A stretch of 64,000 nucleotides of DNA from an uncultured Verrucomicrobiota bacterium (GTDB lineage Bacteria > Verrucomicrobiota > Kiritimatiellia > JAAZAB01). The stretch spans positions 1,881-65,880 of the forward strand of contig CAZTWL010000024.1 in the NCBI GenBank assembly GCA_964617825.1. Reading direction: 5' to 3'. This document shows positions 56,081 through 64,000 of the stretch, in pieces (the stretch's first letter is position 1; each line of letters opens with the position of its first letter). The translations under genes and the position numbers were made by a program. Below the pieces are notes generated by a model. It did no database searches and was not told the DNA's origin. It saw only the letters and a list, made by a program, of their open reading frames with translations.

Positions 56081-57226
56081 ATGAAAATATATATTTGCCC
56101 GGCACTGATGGATACCCTGATCTTTCTCGTAACCTTTGCGGTCATGTATCGCGCCGGCGAACAGGGCATGAGCATCACGCAGTGCGCCTGGATGGCCTGC
56201 CTGTTTCAACTGACTTACATGCTTACCAGCCTGGTCGCCGGGTTCCTGCTGTCCCGCCGCAACACCAGGTTTATCCTTCTGGCGAGCGTCGTGCTCTGCA
56301 CGCTCTTCGGCGTCATCTGCCTGATGGCCAGGGAATTTCCCGTGGTGCTGGCGGCTTTCGGGTGCACGGGAATTTTCATGGCATTTTTCTTCAATGCCTT
56401 CCAGGCATTCATGCGCAAGGAATCGGCGCCCGGAGATTTGAAACGCGCCATCGGCCTCTATACGCTGGCCTGGAGCCTGGGCAGCGCCGCGGGCATTATT
56501 TTATCCGGGATCGTTTACCGCATGGGGTTTGTTGCCCTGTCGGCATTGACGGTTATGGCCGGCCTTACCATGCTGACCATCCTGATCAGGCATCGTCCGC
56601 GCCCGGCGGACGCGCCCTCCGCAGACGAACAGGTCGAACGCGGATCGGGCAAAGCGCCGCCAGTCAACGCCATTTACGTCTGGGTCGGCTGGCTGATGAT
56701 TTTCATGGCCATGTTCGTCCAGCGCCCGATCCACAGTTTCTTTCCCGCAATCAGCGCCAAGGCCGGGGTCAGCGCCTTTGTGACCGGCCTGCCGCTTTTC
56801 CTGCAGATGACGGTGCAGGCCGTTTTCGGCTTTGCTATGATCCGCTGGCGCCACTGGCTCTACCGCCGGACACCACTGTGGCTGACTCACGGAATGGCGA
56901 TTGGCTTGCTCCTGGTCATGTGGCGCTGGCCGGTATTGCCGGTCTGTTTTTTGGGCATCAGCCTGCTTGGCGCCTATGCCGGGTTCATCTATTTCAGCAG
57001 CGTTTATTACGCATCCAATTCCGGGCGGAGGTCGCTCAACATCGGAATCAACGAATTTCTAGTGGGTCTGGGCTCGTTCGCGGGCCTGTTTCTCAGCGAG
57101 TTGTTCATGAAACGGACCGGCAACGACGCGAATATGTATCTGGTGATTGCCGTGGCCATGCTGATTTCACTGGCAGCCCAGCTGACGATAGCCAGCCGGT
57201 TCCGCAAACCGGCGGCGGCCTCATAA
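56081..57226 (+). CDS. MFS transporter
   Basis: About 12 hydrophobic segments, with loop motifs typical of the major facilitator superfamily. The start is uncertain, because the ORF is open from 56018 and ATGs occur at 56051 and 56081. Confidence 0.8.
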   Translation: MKIYICPALMDTLIFLVTFAVMYRAGEQGMSITQCAWMACLFQLTYMLTSLVAGFLLSRRNTRFILLASVVLCTLFGVICLMAREFPVVLAAFGCTGIFMAFFFNAFQAFMRKESAPGDLKRAIGLYTLAWSLGSAAGIILSGIVYRMGFVALSALTVMAGLTMLTILIRHRPRPADAPSADEQVERGSGKAPPVNAIYVWVGWLMIFMAMFVQRPIHSFFPAISAKAGVSAFVTGLPLFLQMTVQAVFGFAMIRWRHWLYRRTPLWLTHGMAIGLLLVMWRWPVLPVCFLGISLLGAYAGFIYFSSVYYASNSGRRSLNIGINEFLVGLGSFAGLFLSELFMKRTGNDANMYLVIAVAMLISLAAQLTIASRFRKPAAAS

Positions 57227-57251
57227 TTTGTGGATTTTGGGCATTTTAGGG

Positions 57252-57279
57252 TTGACAGGGCCTCGGTCTTGGCTATGAT
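57252..57279 (+). promoter_or_regulatory. putative sigma70 promoter of rplU-rpmA-obg (TTGACA-16 nt-TATGAT)
   Basis: Consensus -35 at 57252-57257 and near-consensus -10 at 57274-57279, about 65 nt upstream of the rplU ATG. Confidence 0.5.
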
Positions 57280-57342
57280 GCTCGGGTTTTGAGGGAAGAA
57301 AGGAAAAGCGTCCTCAGGCTTATTCCGTTAACAGGAGATGTG

Positions 57343-57657
57343 ATGAAAGCTTACGCGGTAATTCAAACGGGCGGTAAACAGTACCGCGTGGAAGCAGGTG
57401 AAATCCTGTCCGTCGAGCTGTTGGAAGTCAAGGAAGGCGACAAGGTGGACAATTTTCCGGTGTTGGCCGTATCCGATGGCGCCAAGCTGACGCTGGGCAA
57501 GCCGCACGTGGCCGGCGCCAAAGTGACCGCTGTTGTTCTGCGGAACAAACGGGGCGTAAAGGTCGTGTCCTTCAAGAAAAAACGCCGCAAGAGCTACGAG
57601 CGCAAAAAGGGGCATCGGCAGGAACTGACGGTCCTGAAAATCGAAAGCGTAGCATAG
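57343..57657 (+). CDS. rplU: 50S ribosomal protein L21
   Basis: [20 protein letters not shown] is the canonical L21 N-terminus. AGGAGA SD. Confidence 0.95.
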   Translation: MKAYAVIQTGGKQYRVEAGEILSVELLEVKEGDKVDNFPVLAVSDGAKLTLGKPHVAGAKVTAVVLRNKRGVKVVSFKKKRRKSYERKKGHRQELTVLKIESVA

Positions 57658-57715
57658 CGGCCCATTCCAATACGCAAGCAGCAATCAACAATTCGTAATT
57701 CTTCAGGGGTTTCGC

Positions 57716-57973
57716 ATGGCAACCAATAAAAGTTCAGGCAGCGCAAAGAACGGCCGCGACAGTCATGGCAAGCGGTTGGGTGTTAAGCAGTTTGACGGCC
57801 AGGTCGTGAAAGCCGGCGCCATAATTATCCGCCAGCGCGGCACCCGGATGCATCCCGGCGTCAACGTCAAGCGCGGCCGCGACGACACCCTTTTCGCCCT
57901 GAAATCCGGCGTGGTTAAGTTCGAAAAGGAAGGCAAGCGCGTGCGTGTGGACGAACTTGCGCCAGCTTTGTGA
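57716..57973 (+). CDS. rpmA: 50S ribosomal protein L27
   Basis: [41 protein letters not shown] is canonical L27. Confidence 0.95.
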   Translation: MATNKSSGSAKNGRDSHGKRLGVKQFDGQVVKAGAIIIRQRGTRMHPGVNVKRGRDDTLFALKSGVVKFEKEGKRVRVDELAPAL

Positions 57974-58965
57974 AAGGCTTCAAATTCGTTGAAACGACTG
58001 TAGCCGATATCCTCGCCGGTTGCGGCGGGGATGGCAGCGCCAGCTTCCGGCGCGAAAAGTATGTCCCCTATGGCGGCCCTGACGGCGGTGACGGCGGACG
58101 GGGCGGCCATGTTATCCTCCAAGCGGACTCCAACGTCGATTCGCTGATTACCCTCTATTACCAGCCGCGCCAGCACGCCGAAGATGGCGGCAAAGGCATG
58201 GGCCAGAAGCGGCACGGGCGCAACGGCAAGGATATTATCTTGAAAGTGCCTTGCGGAACCGTCGTACGCGATGAAACTAGCGGCGAGCTTCTGGGCGATT
58301 TGGTAACGCCCGGCGAACAGCTCATCGTGGCGCACGGCGGCAAAGGCGGCTTGGGCAACTGCCACTGGAAGACCAGCGTTCACCAGGCGCCGACCGAGCA
58401 TACGCAAGGCGCGCCCGGCGAACAGCGGCGCCTGCGGCTGGACGTTAAAATCGTGGCGGACATCGGGCTGATCGGTTTTCCGAATGCCGGCAAGTCCACC
58501 TTGCTCACCGCCATCAGCCATGCCCATCCGAAAATCGCCGCCTACCCCTTCACAACGGTCCAGCCCGTGATCGGCACGATCCAATACGACGACTTTTCCC
58601 GGCTTAAAATCGTGGATATTCCCGGGCTGATCCAGGGTGCCCACGCCGGCGCCGGCCTGGGCCACACCTTTCTGCGGCATGTCGAGCGCACGCGCGGCCT
58701 GGTCTATGTGATCGACATGGCCGGGACGGATGGGCGGCGCCCGGCGGACGATTTCATCACTTTGCGCGACGAATTGGCGCGCTATAATCCCGAACTTCTC
58801 CAGCGCCCGGAGCTGGTCGTGGCAAACAAGATAGATTTGGATCCTGCGCTGGAAAACCTGCCTGAATTTATCGAGCGGACAGGGCAGAAGCCCATGCTCG
58901 TCTCCGGTTTGACCCGAAGGGGCACGGACGAACTGAAGAGCGCGCTTAGCAAACTGGTTGGGTAG
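57970..58965 (+). CDS. obg: GTPase Obg/CgtA
   Basis: GTG overlaps the rpmA stop (GTGA). Glycine-rich Obg fold [31 protein letters not shown] domain [21 protein letters not shown]. Confidence 0.95.
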   Translation: MKGFKFVETTVADILAGCGGDGSASFRREKYVPYGGPDGGDGGRGGHVILQADSNVDSLITLYYQPRQHAEDGGKGMGQKRHGRNGKDIILKVPCGTVVRDETSGELLGDLVTPGEQLIVAHGGKGGLGNCHWKTSVHQAPTEHTQGAPGEQRRLRLDVKIVADIGLIGFPNAGKSTLLTAISHAHPKIAAYPFTTVQPVIGTIQYDDFSRLKIVDIPGLIQGAHAGAGLGHTFLRHVERTRGLVYVIDMAGTDGRRPADDFITLRDELARYNPELLQRPELVVANKIDLDPALENLPEFIERTGQKPMLVSGLTRRGTDELKSALSKLVG

Positions 58966-58982
58966 CCGCCAACCGCCGCCGG

Positions 58983-59573
58983 CTATGACGCAAACCCCTT
59001 GCCGAACAGTTCTTCCTCCACAAGCGCGCAAAAGATGTGGGCGATAAGGATATGCGCCTCCTGGATGCGTGGCGTATCGCGTGACGGCACGGCCAGGCAA
59101 TAATCGCAATACGGCGCCATTTCCTCCCCACCCTGTCCGGTCAAACCGACCCGAATAATTTTTTTCTTTTCGCAGACCTGGAGGGCACGAATGACATTCG
59201 GCGACCTGCCGGAGGTCGAAATGCCGATAAACATATCGCCAGCCACACCCAACCCCTCGACCTGGCGCGCAAACACCTGCTCGAAACTGCTGTCATTGCC
59301 TATGGCCGTCATTACGGAAGTGTCGGTGACCAGCGAAATCGCCGGAAGGGCCGGGCGGTCGAACCGGAAACGGTTGACCATTTCGCCGGCAATATGCTGG
59401 GCATCGCCGGCGCTGCCGCCGTTGCCGGCCAGCAAAAGCTTGTTGCCGTTGCGATAGGCCTTGATGGCCGCCGCCGCCACTTGCTGAACAGTCCCGATCA
59501 TGGCCGCATCGGCCAGGATCGCCTGCTTGACCTCGATGGAGGCCTTGATCTGATGGGTAATGAATTGGTTCAT
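58983..59573 (-). CDS. gmhA: D-sedoheptulose 7-phosphate isomerase (SIS domain)
   Basis: 196 aa with a GAGGTG SD. LLAGNGGSAGDAQHIAGEMVNRF and ISTSGRSPNV are typical GmhA motifs. Confidence 0.9.
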   Translation of the reverse strand: MNQFITHQIKASIEVKQAILADAAMIGTVQQVAAAAIKAYRNGNKLLLAGNGGSAGDAQHIAGEMVNRFRFDRPALPAISLVTDTSVMTAIGNDSSFEQVFARQVEGLGVAGDMFIGISTSGRSPNVIRALQVCEKKKIIRVGLTGQGGEEMAPYCDYCLAVPSRDTPRIQEAHILIAHIFCALVEEELFGKGFAS

Positions 59574-59651
59574 GATTTCACCTCGTTGTTATGCGCCGAA
59601 AATCTTATTGCCGGTTTTCGGTTTTTTGCTCGATTTCAACCCGCAAACACG

Positions 59652-59677
59652 CCGCGCGGCGCGCAGCGCCCGCGCGG
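59652..59677 (-). other. GC-rich hairpin (CCGCGCGG..CCGCGCGG arms) between the methyltransferase stop and gmhA; possible weak terminator or processing element
   Basis: The self-complementary 8-mer CCGCGCGG occurs twice around a 10-nt GC-rich loop. On the minus strand it is followed by CGUGUUUGCGGGUUG, which is only weakly U-rich. Confidence 0.25.
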
Positions 59678-59694
59678 ATCGAGACCGCCTGTCC

Positions 59695-60615
59695 TCAAGT
59701 TGTCGCTTCTCCCGCTCCGCTCCCGCCGCCCGGCGCCGCCATGACCAGAAACGAATTGGCAAACTGGGGAAACTTGCCGTCAAGGACGATAGTCCGCCAG
59801 GCCTGCGGTTCGTTGAACAGCTTGAGACGTTCCTGGTCGTAATTCGGCGCATCGGTCAGCAGGTGATTGGCCGATGGCAGGCACACATCGCTGAAGATTT
59901 CCACGGGCAACTTGTAATCCGGATGCGGATAATAAAAGGTTTGTTCGCCAAAACCGCCGGCGCGCAACAGCCGGCTCAACTCATCGCGCGAAAACGTTTC
60001 GGCAACGCCTCCGGCGGGATAGCCCTCGATCCCGTCGAACTGGCGCCCGGTATGGTCGTCCCGGGCGCCGGCGAAATATTTCAGTCCCAGCCTGTTTTCC
60101 ACGGCCAGGATCAACACCCCGCCCGGCTTAAGCACCGCAGCGATCCGGCGCAGCAGCGTCCCGTACGGATCAAGCGTCTGAATGAAAGCGCGCGCATATT
60201 CCAGGACGCCAATCAGGGTAACGTAATCGAACGCGCGCTCGAGCGGCATGTCCATGAAATTGCCGGCCATGATCTCCAGATTTGCCCGATCGGCATGGCG
60301 GCGCTCGATAATCCGGCTGCGTTTTTCCGATAATTCCACCGCCGTTACCCGCGCCACACGCTCGGCGAACAAGCCGGTAAGCGCGCCGCAGCCGGCGCCG
60401 ATTTCCAGGAGCGCCGCATCTCGCCGAAACGAATACCACTCCAGCAGGTTGCGGCGTTCCGGTGAAAGATGGTAGAGCAATGGCCAGCGGTCATCGTGCG
60501 CCAGGACCGTCATGAACTCGCCCGGTTTTTCAACAAGTTTCAGGAGTTCATCTTCGACGGCCCCATCCGAGTAGGCATCCGGCCCGTTATAGTATTGGCG
60601 ATTGAGCGTTGGCAT
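59695..60615 (-). CDS. class I SAM-dependent methyltransferase
   Basis: ATG 60615 follows GGAAGG. Motif I is LLEIGAGCGALTGLFA, with VTAVELS post-I and GVLILAV. The longer ORF to 60846 would overlap wzt. Confidence 0.8.
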   Translation of the reverse strand: MPTLNRQYYNGPDAYSDGAVEDELLKLVEKPGEFMTVLAHDDRWPLLYHLSPERRNLLEWYSFRRDAALLEIGAGCGALTGLFAERVARVTAVELSEKRSRIIERRHADRANLEIMAGNFMDMPLERAFDYVTLIGVLEYARAFIQTLDPYGTLLRRIAAVLKPGGVLILAVENRLGLKYFAGARDDHTGRQFDGIEGYPAGGVAETFSRDELSRLLRAGGFGEQTFYYPHPDYKLPVEIFSDVCLPSANHLLTDAPNYDQERLKLFNEPQAWRTIVLDGKFPQFANSFLVMAAPGGGSGAGEATT

Positions 60616-60694
60616 AATCAAACAAACCTTCCATAGCATCCAGGCGGACGCGCAACCCTTGTCGTCCGGCATTTGTTTTCGGCCTGGCGGCCAC

Positions 60695-61930
60695 TCATAC
60701 CCGCCGGATCCGGATTGCGCTGTCCAGGTCGTAGCAGCCGACCATCGGCATGGCCGACGCTGTTTCGAACAACAGGATATCATAGAGACGATGATAGACA
60801 ACCATCGTATCGCCTTTATAACCGGTGCACCCCAGCGACAAAGCATAACGACCGGATTGCGCGTTCAACGTCTGGTTGAACTCCACGCTGACGCTATCGC
60901 CCTTGGAGTAGGAACCGGTGGGCACCTGCTTGAATTGCGTATTGGTCCCGGTAAGCTCCAAACCCTTCAGGTCTTTAATCGTAAAAGCAAAGATAGGATC
61001 CTGCACGGCCGCGTGGAATTTGACTTGCATGCGGATCGAAAAACGCCGGCCATGCTGCAGGATCCGGACGGGACGGTCCTGTTCGTCGAACAAGCCATAG
61101 TCCACAATCTCAGCCTGTCCATCGCCATAGACCAAGGCATCCGGGTTGGCGGCCAGGGATGGCGCGCCCGTGGGCGGACCGGCCAAGGGCGCGCCAGCGT
61201 AGCAATTGGCCATCAGTTGCTTGTAGACATCCACGGCTTCCTTGGAATCGGCGTCAACGATCATGCGGCCTTTGTCCAGAACCATTGTCCTGGAACAATA
61301 GCGCAGAACACTATCGAGGGCATGCGTGACGAGCAGGACCGTTTTGCCGGCGGCCCGAAACTCATCCAATTTGCGGAAGCAGCGCGCCTGAAAATTCAAG
61401 TCGCCCACGGCCAAGGCTTCGTCCACAATCAGAATATCGGGATCCACCTGGATGGCCACGGCAAATGCCAGGCGCACGAACATGCCGCTGGAATAATGCT
61501 TGACCGGCTGATCCATGTAATCGCCGATATCCGCAAAAGCGATGACATCCTCGCGGCGCGCTTCCATTTCCCGGCGGGAATGGCCGAGCAGTATCCCGTT
61601 GAAATAAAAATTTTCCAACCCGGTCAGCTCCGGATTAAACCCGGCGCCCAATTCCAGCAGGGCGGCCACTTTGCCGCGCGCATCCACCGTGCCGGAGGTT
61701 GGCGTCAGAATGCCGGCAATCAGCTTCAGCAAGGTCGATTTTCCCGAGCCGTTGCGGCCGATAATGCCGATGGTCTCGCCGGACCGGACGGCCAGATTGA
61801 TATCCTGCAGGGCGCAGTAATCCTGATGGCATTTTTTGCGGCCGCAATGCAGGATTTCTTTAAGCCGGTCGCCCGGATGATGGTAAAGCTTATAGGCCTT
61901 GGTAACATGTTCCAGTCGAATGGCATTCAT
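60695..61930 (-). CDS. wzt: polysaccharide/O-antigen ABC exporter ATP-binding protein with C-terminal Wzt-type glycan-binding domain
   Basis: The MNAIRLEHVTKAYK start is at 61930. Walker A GRNGSGKSTLLK, signature YSSGMFVRLAFA, Walker B ILIVDEALAVGD. A ~170-aa C-terminal beta-sandwich follows (GDGQAEIVDYGLFDEQ..FTIKDLKGLELTGTNT). Confidence 0.85.
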   Translation of the reverse strand: MNAIRLEHVTKAYKLYHHPGDRLKEILHCGRKKCHQDYCALQDINLAVRSGETIGIIGRNGSGKSTLLKLIAGILTPTSGTVDARGKVAALLELGAGFNPELTGLENFYFNGILLGHSRREMEARREDVIAFADIGDYMDQPVKHYSSGMFVRLAFAVAIQVDPDILIVDEALAVGDLNFQARCFRKLDEFRAAGKTVLLVTHALDSVLRYCSRTMVLDKGRMIVDADSKEAVDVYKQLMANCYAGAPLAGPPTGAPSLAANPDALVYGDGQAEIVDYGLFDEQDRPVRILQHGRRFSIRMQVKFHAAVQDPIFAFTIKDLKGLELTGTNTQFKQVPTGSYSKGDSVSVEFNQTLNAQSGRYALSLGCTGYKGDTMVVYHRLYDILLFETASAMPMVGCYDLDSAIRIRRV

Positions 61931-61996
61931 AATGCACCGGGCAAAAAACCGGAACAAACGAGCACGGGTCACTCCCCGGAAAACACGTTTTCAATC

Positions 61997-62443
61997 CTAA
62001 TATTGCGCCGGCAAAAACAACCGTGGAGTCCAGATCCAAATGGCATAAAAGCCGATTCCCATGATGGCGCCGGCCAGATTGGCCACCAGATCCCCAAAGG
62101 AGCAGGAGCGCTGAAGCAAAACGAGGCTTCCTTGCAGCACTTCCAGCAGCGCGCCATAGGCCAGGGCCAACAGAACGCTGCGGGCCATCCATTCCGCAGG
62201 CCGATTTAGCATTTGCTTATGCATCGCCCACCCCAGCAGTATTGCCCAGCCGCCATACATCAGGGCATGGAAGACTTTATCGCCGCCGCAGCCGTTACCC
62301 ACCAGGAAACGCAGGCACTTGCTCGAATACAGCATCAATCGCGACATTTTGGACAGAACATCGGAAGGAATGAGCGATAGACACAGCACCCCCGCGGCAT
62401 AAACCCAGCAGATCAACCAACGACACTTCAGAGTAACGCTCAT
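61997..62443 (-). CDS. VanZ-like family membrane protein
   Basis: 148 aa with 4 TM segments. DKVFHALMYG and RSCSFGDLVANLAGAIMG match VanZ family motifs. Confidence 0.75.
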   Translation of the reverse strand: MSVTLKCRWLICWVYAAGVLCLSLIPSDVLSKMSRLMLYSSKCLRFLVGNGCGGDKVFHALMYGGWAILLGWAMHKQMLNRPAEWMARSVLLALAYGALLEVLQGSLVLLQRSCSFGDLVANLAGAIMGIGFYAIWIWTPRLFLPAQY

Positions 62444-62527
62444 TCTAGTTTACCATTCTTTTCTGACATATGACCGCCAACAAAAGCCATCCATTTACAG
62501 GCGGTAAAATTACCGGCAAACGCCGGA

Positions 62528-64000
62528 TTAGGCCGGCAAGAGGGTTTTTTCCTCAGTGCGCCATTCTGCAACGCGAATATGCCGCTCGCGCGCAATATCT
62601 AACAGCTGCCGGCAAACATTTTCACTCAAATGGGTTGTAATAATAATATCGCTAATATTCCGTCGGTCTAAAATCGAGTTCAGCTGGTTGATGCCGCCCA
62701 TGACTTTAAACCCGTAGACCATGCGCCCATGCAAATTTGGATCGTCATCCAACAGCCCGACAACGCAGCGGTCATCGTTTATCTTGGGATAGCCATGACT
62801 GCGTTGCCGGAGGAAGAGAGTACAACGTGTTCCGGCTCCATACAACATTATGTTCCGAAAAACGCGCTTGCCCGTAATCGCGGGATGCCGCGCGGACAAA
62901 GCCATCAAGTCCTGAACCGTCCGGAAAAACAGGCGGCTTTCGGCAATGACCGGAACAGTCAAGCCCATATAAAGAACGGTTTGCAGGATAATCTGGCGGG
63001 TGATGGCATGCCCCGACAGACTATACAGCCCCAGGCTCAATAAAATTCCCAGCATGAGCGCCACGCTCAATATTACAATATCGCTCGAACGCGATCGGCT
63101 CCAAACCCGCCGGTAGGCGCCGGAGACCAAGATCGCCAAAAAGGAGATGCCAACCCACAGCGGCACTCCATCCAGCCAGATCATTTTTATGGCGGCGGCT
63201 CCGGCCTCCGGGTGCGCCAGGAACATTGCCAGCCAGAAGCCAAAAGCCAGGATACTAACATCCAGCAGGGGATAGAGGATAACAGCCATGACGCTGCTCG
63301 TGGGTCGATGCAGCCCGGAGATGATCGCCAAGGCGCTATCCCAGAGTTCGACTCGCGCCAGATGTTTCACAATTACATAAGCTCCGGCTGCAAAGGCGAT
63401 CAGAAAAATGCCTAAAGCATGGGTACTGTAAGTCATGCTCAATAATGCCACGGCCACCAGGACAGCGCTGATGACATACAAGGTCAAGGCCGCCTTGCTT
63501 TGCGATCCGCCGCTCCGAACGAAACGATGATGCAGGTGCTCCAAGTCCGCCTGCATCACCTTGTGTACGCCAGGCTCAGCGGTACCAAACAACCGGCGCA
63601 CGGACCTTCGCCAGATGGCCAGCATGACATCGAAAATGGGAACCCCCATGGCCAGCAGGGGCACGCCAATCGAAGCCAGCGCGGTGCCTTTTGAGGCGGT
63701 GCTCAAGGCAACGGTCGCCAGCGTGAAACCCAGGAACATACTCCCCGAATCTCCGAGGAAAATGCTGGCCGGATGGAAGTTATACCGCAAAAAAGCCAGG
63801 CAGGCCCCGATCAGCCCCAGGCAGATCAAAACGTCGCTGGGCAAATGTCGGAACAGAAGACTGCCGGCCAAACCCAGCGCTCCAAAAATGGCCAGGCCCG
63901 TGGCCAACCCATCCAAGCCATCGATCAAGTTAAATGCATTGGTAATTGCCAGTACCCAAATAACCGTGGCAAAGACATCGATGGCCAGAGGAACACCCAT
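62528..64000 (-). CDS. polyprenyl-phosphate HexNAc-1-phosphate transferase (GT4, WecA/MraY superfamily) with extra C-terminal 4-TM + Rossmann-like module; 5' end outside the window
   Basis: Partial, since the ORF runs off the window end. NAFNLIDGLDGLATG and FLGDSGSMFLGF are WecA/MraY motifs. The C-terminal ~250 aa has 4 TM segments followed by NIMLYGAGTRCTLFL..VVGLLDDDPNLHGRMVYGFKVMGG..DIIITT, which resembles the N-terminal module of WbaP/CapD-type proteins. Confidence 0.85.
   Translation of the reverse strand: MGVPLAIDVFATVIWVLAITNAFNLIDGLDGLATGLAIFGALGLAGSLLFRHLPSDVLICLGLIGACLAFLRYNFHPASIFLGDSGSMFLGFTLATVALSTASKGTALASIGVPLLAMGVPIFDVMLAIWRRSVRRLFGTAEPGVHKVMQADLEHLHHRFVRSGGSQSKAALTLYVISAVLVAVALLSMTYSTHALGIFLIAFAAGAYVIVKHLARVELWDSALAIISGLHRPTSSVMAVILYPLLDVSILAFGFWLAMFLAHPEAGAAAIKMIWLDGVPLWVGISFLAILVSGAYRRVWSRSRSSDIVILSVALMLGILLSLGLYSLSGHAITRQIILQTVLYMGLTVPVIAESRLFFRTVQDLMALSARHPAITGKRVFRNIMLYGAGTRCTLFLRQRSHGYPKINDDRCVVGLLDDDPNLHGRMVYGFKVMGGINQLNSILDRRNISDIIITTHLSENVCRQLLDIARERHIRVAEWRTEEKTLLPA

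Noticed and set aside
56020-57249. 409-aa ORF in an alternative plus-strand frame over the MFS gene
   Set aside because: The translation is Arg/Gly/Pro-rich and not membrane-like. The other frame gives 12 clean hydrophobic segments.
60602-62209. 535-aa plus-strand ORF opposite wzt and VanZ
   Set aside because: A shadow frame. The minus strand carries the Walker A/B and ABC signature motifs.
1-64000. CRISPR arrays, IS elements, transposases, rRNA operons, toxin-antitoxin or known defence-system genes
   Set aside because: No regularly spaced direct repeats and no transposase, integrase, Cas or nuclease-helicase-type ORFs were recognised in any frame. Absence is judged by eye only.

Overview
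High-GC (roughly 58-60% by eye) bacterial chromosome segment. The gene content suggests a PVC-group organism (Lentisphaerota, Kiritimatiellota or Verrucomicrobiota), but that is an inference, not a verified assignment. I see four blocks.

(1) 1-26.3 kb is an accessory glycan-utilisation locus. It holds three xylose-isomerase-like TIM-barrel genes plus a Gfo/Idh/MocA oxidoreductase, and a GntR-HTH/sugar-binding regulator. It also holds a tandemly duplicated two-gene cassette: a secreted DUF4091/GH123-like enzyme followed by a stand-alone CBM9-like partner. The rest is a sialate O-acetylesterase-family gene, a D-2-hydroxyacid dehydrogenase, large orphan proteins of 808 and 759 aa, a beta-helix protein, a decayed pseudogene copy of the 759-aa gene, and a DUF4838+CBM9 protein.

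(2) 26.5-30 kb carries miscellaneous metabolism genes: an FAD oxidase, a GDPD and an aldose epimerase.

(3) 30-59 kb is mostly housekeeping: nth, a serine hydrolase, dxs, xseBA, rny, MTHFS, rarA, pheST, a purH-like gene, an LpxL-family gene, tRNA-Lys, EF-G, a pabB-like gene, TMEM175, rplU-rpmA-obg and gmhA. Inserted in this block are a 960-aa orphan protein and a lipoprotein/PIG-L/MFS trio.

(4) 59.7-64 kb is a minus-strand surface-glycan operon: a partial WecA-like GT4 with an unusual C-terminal extension, VanZ, Wzt with a C-terminal glycan-binding domain, and a SAM methyltransferase.

I saw no CRISPR array, transposase, integrase or rRNA. The most novel-looking item is the duplicated enzyme + trans-CBM9 cassette. 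All family calls rest on motif recognition by eye, since no searches could be run. Start codons were chosen by Shine-Dalgarno context and are uncertain where noted.
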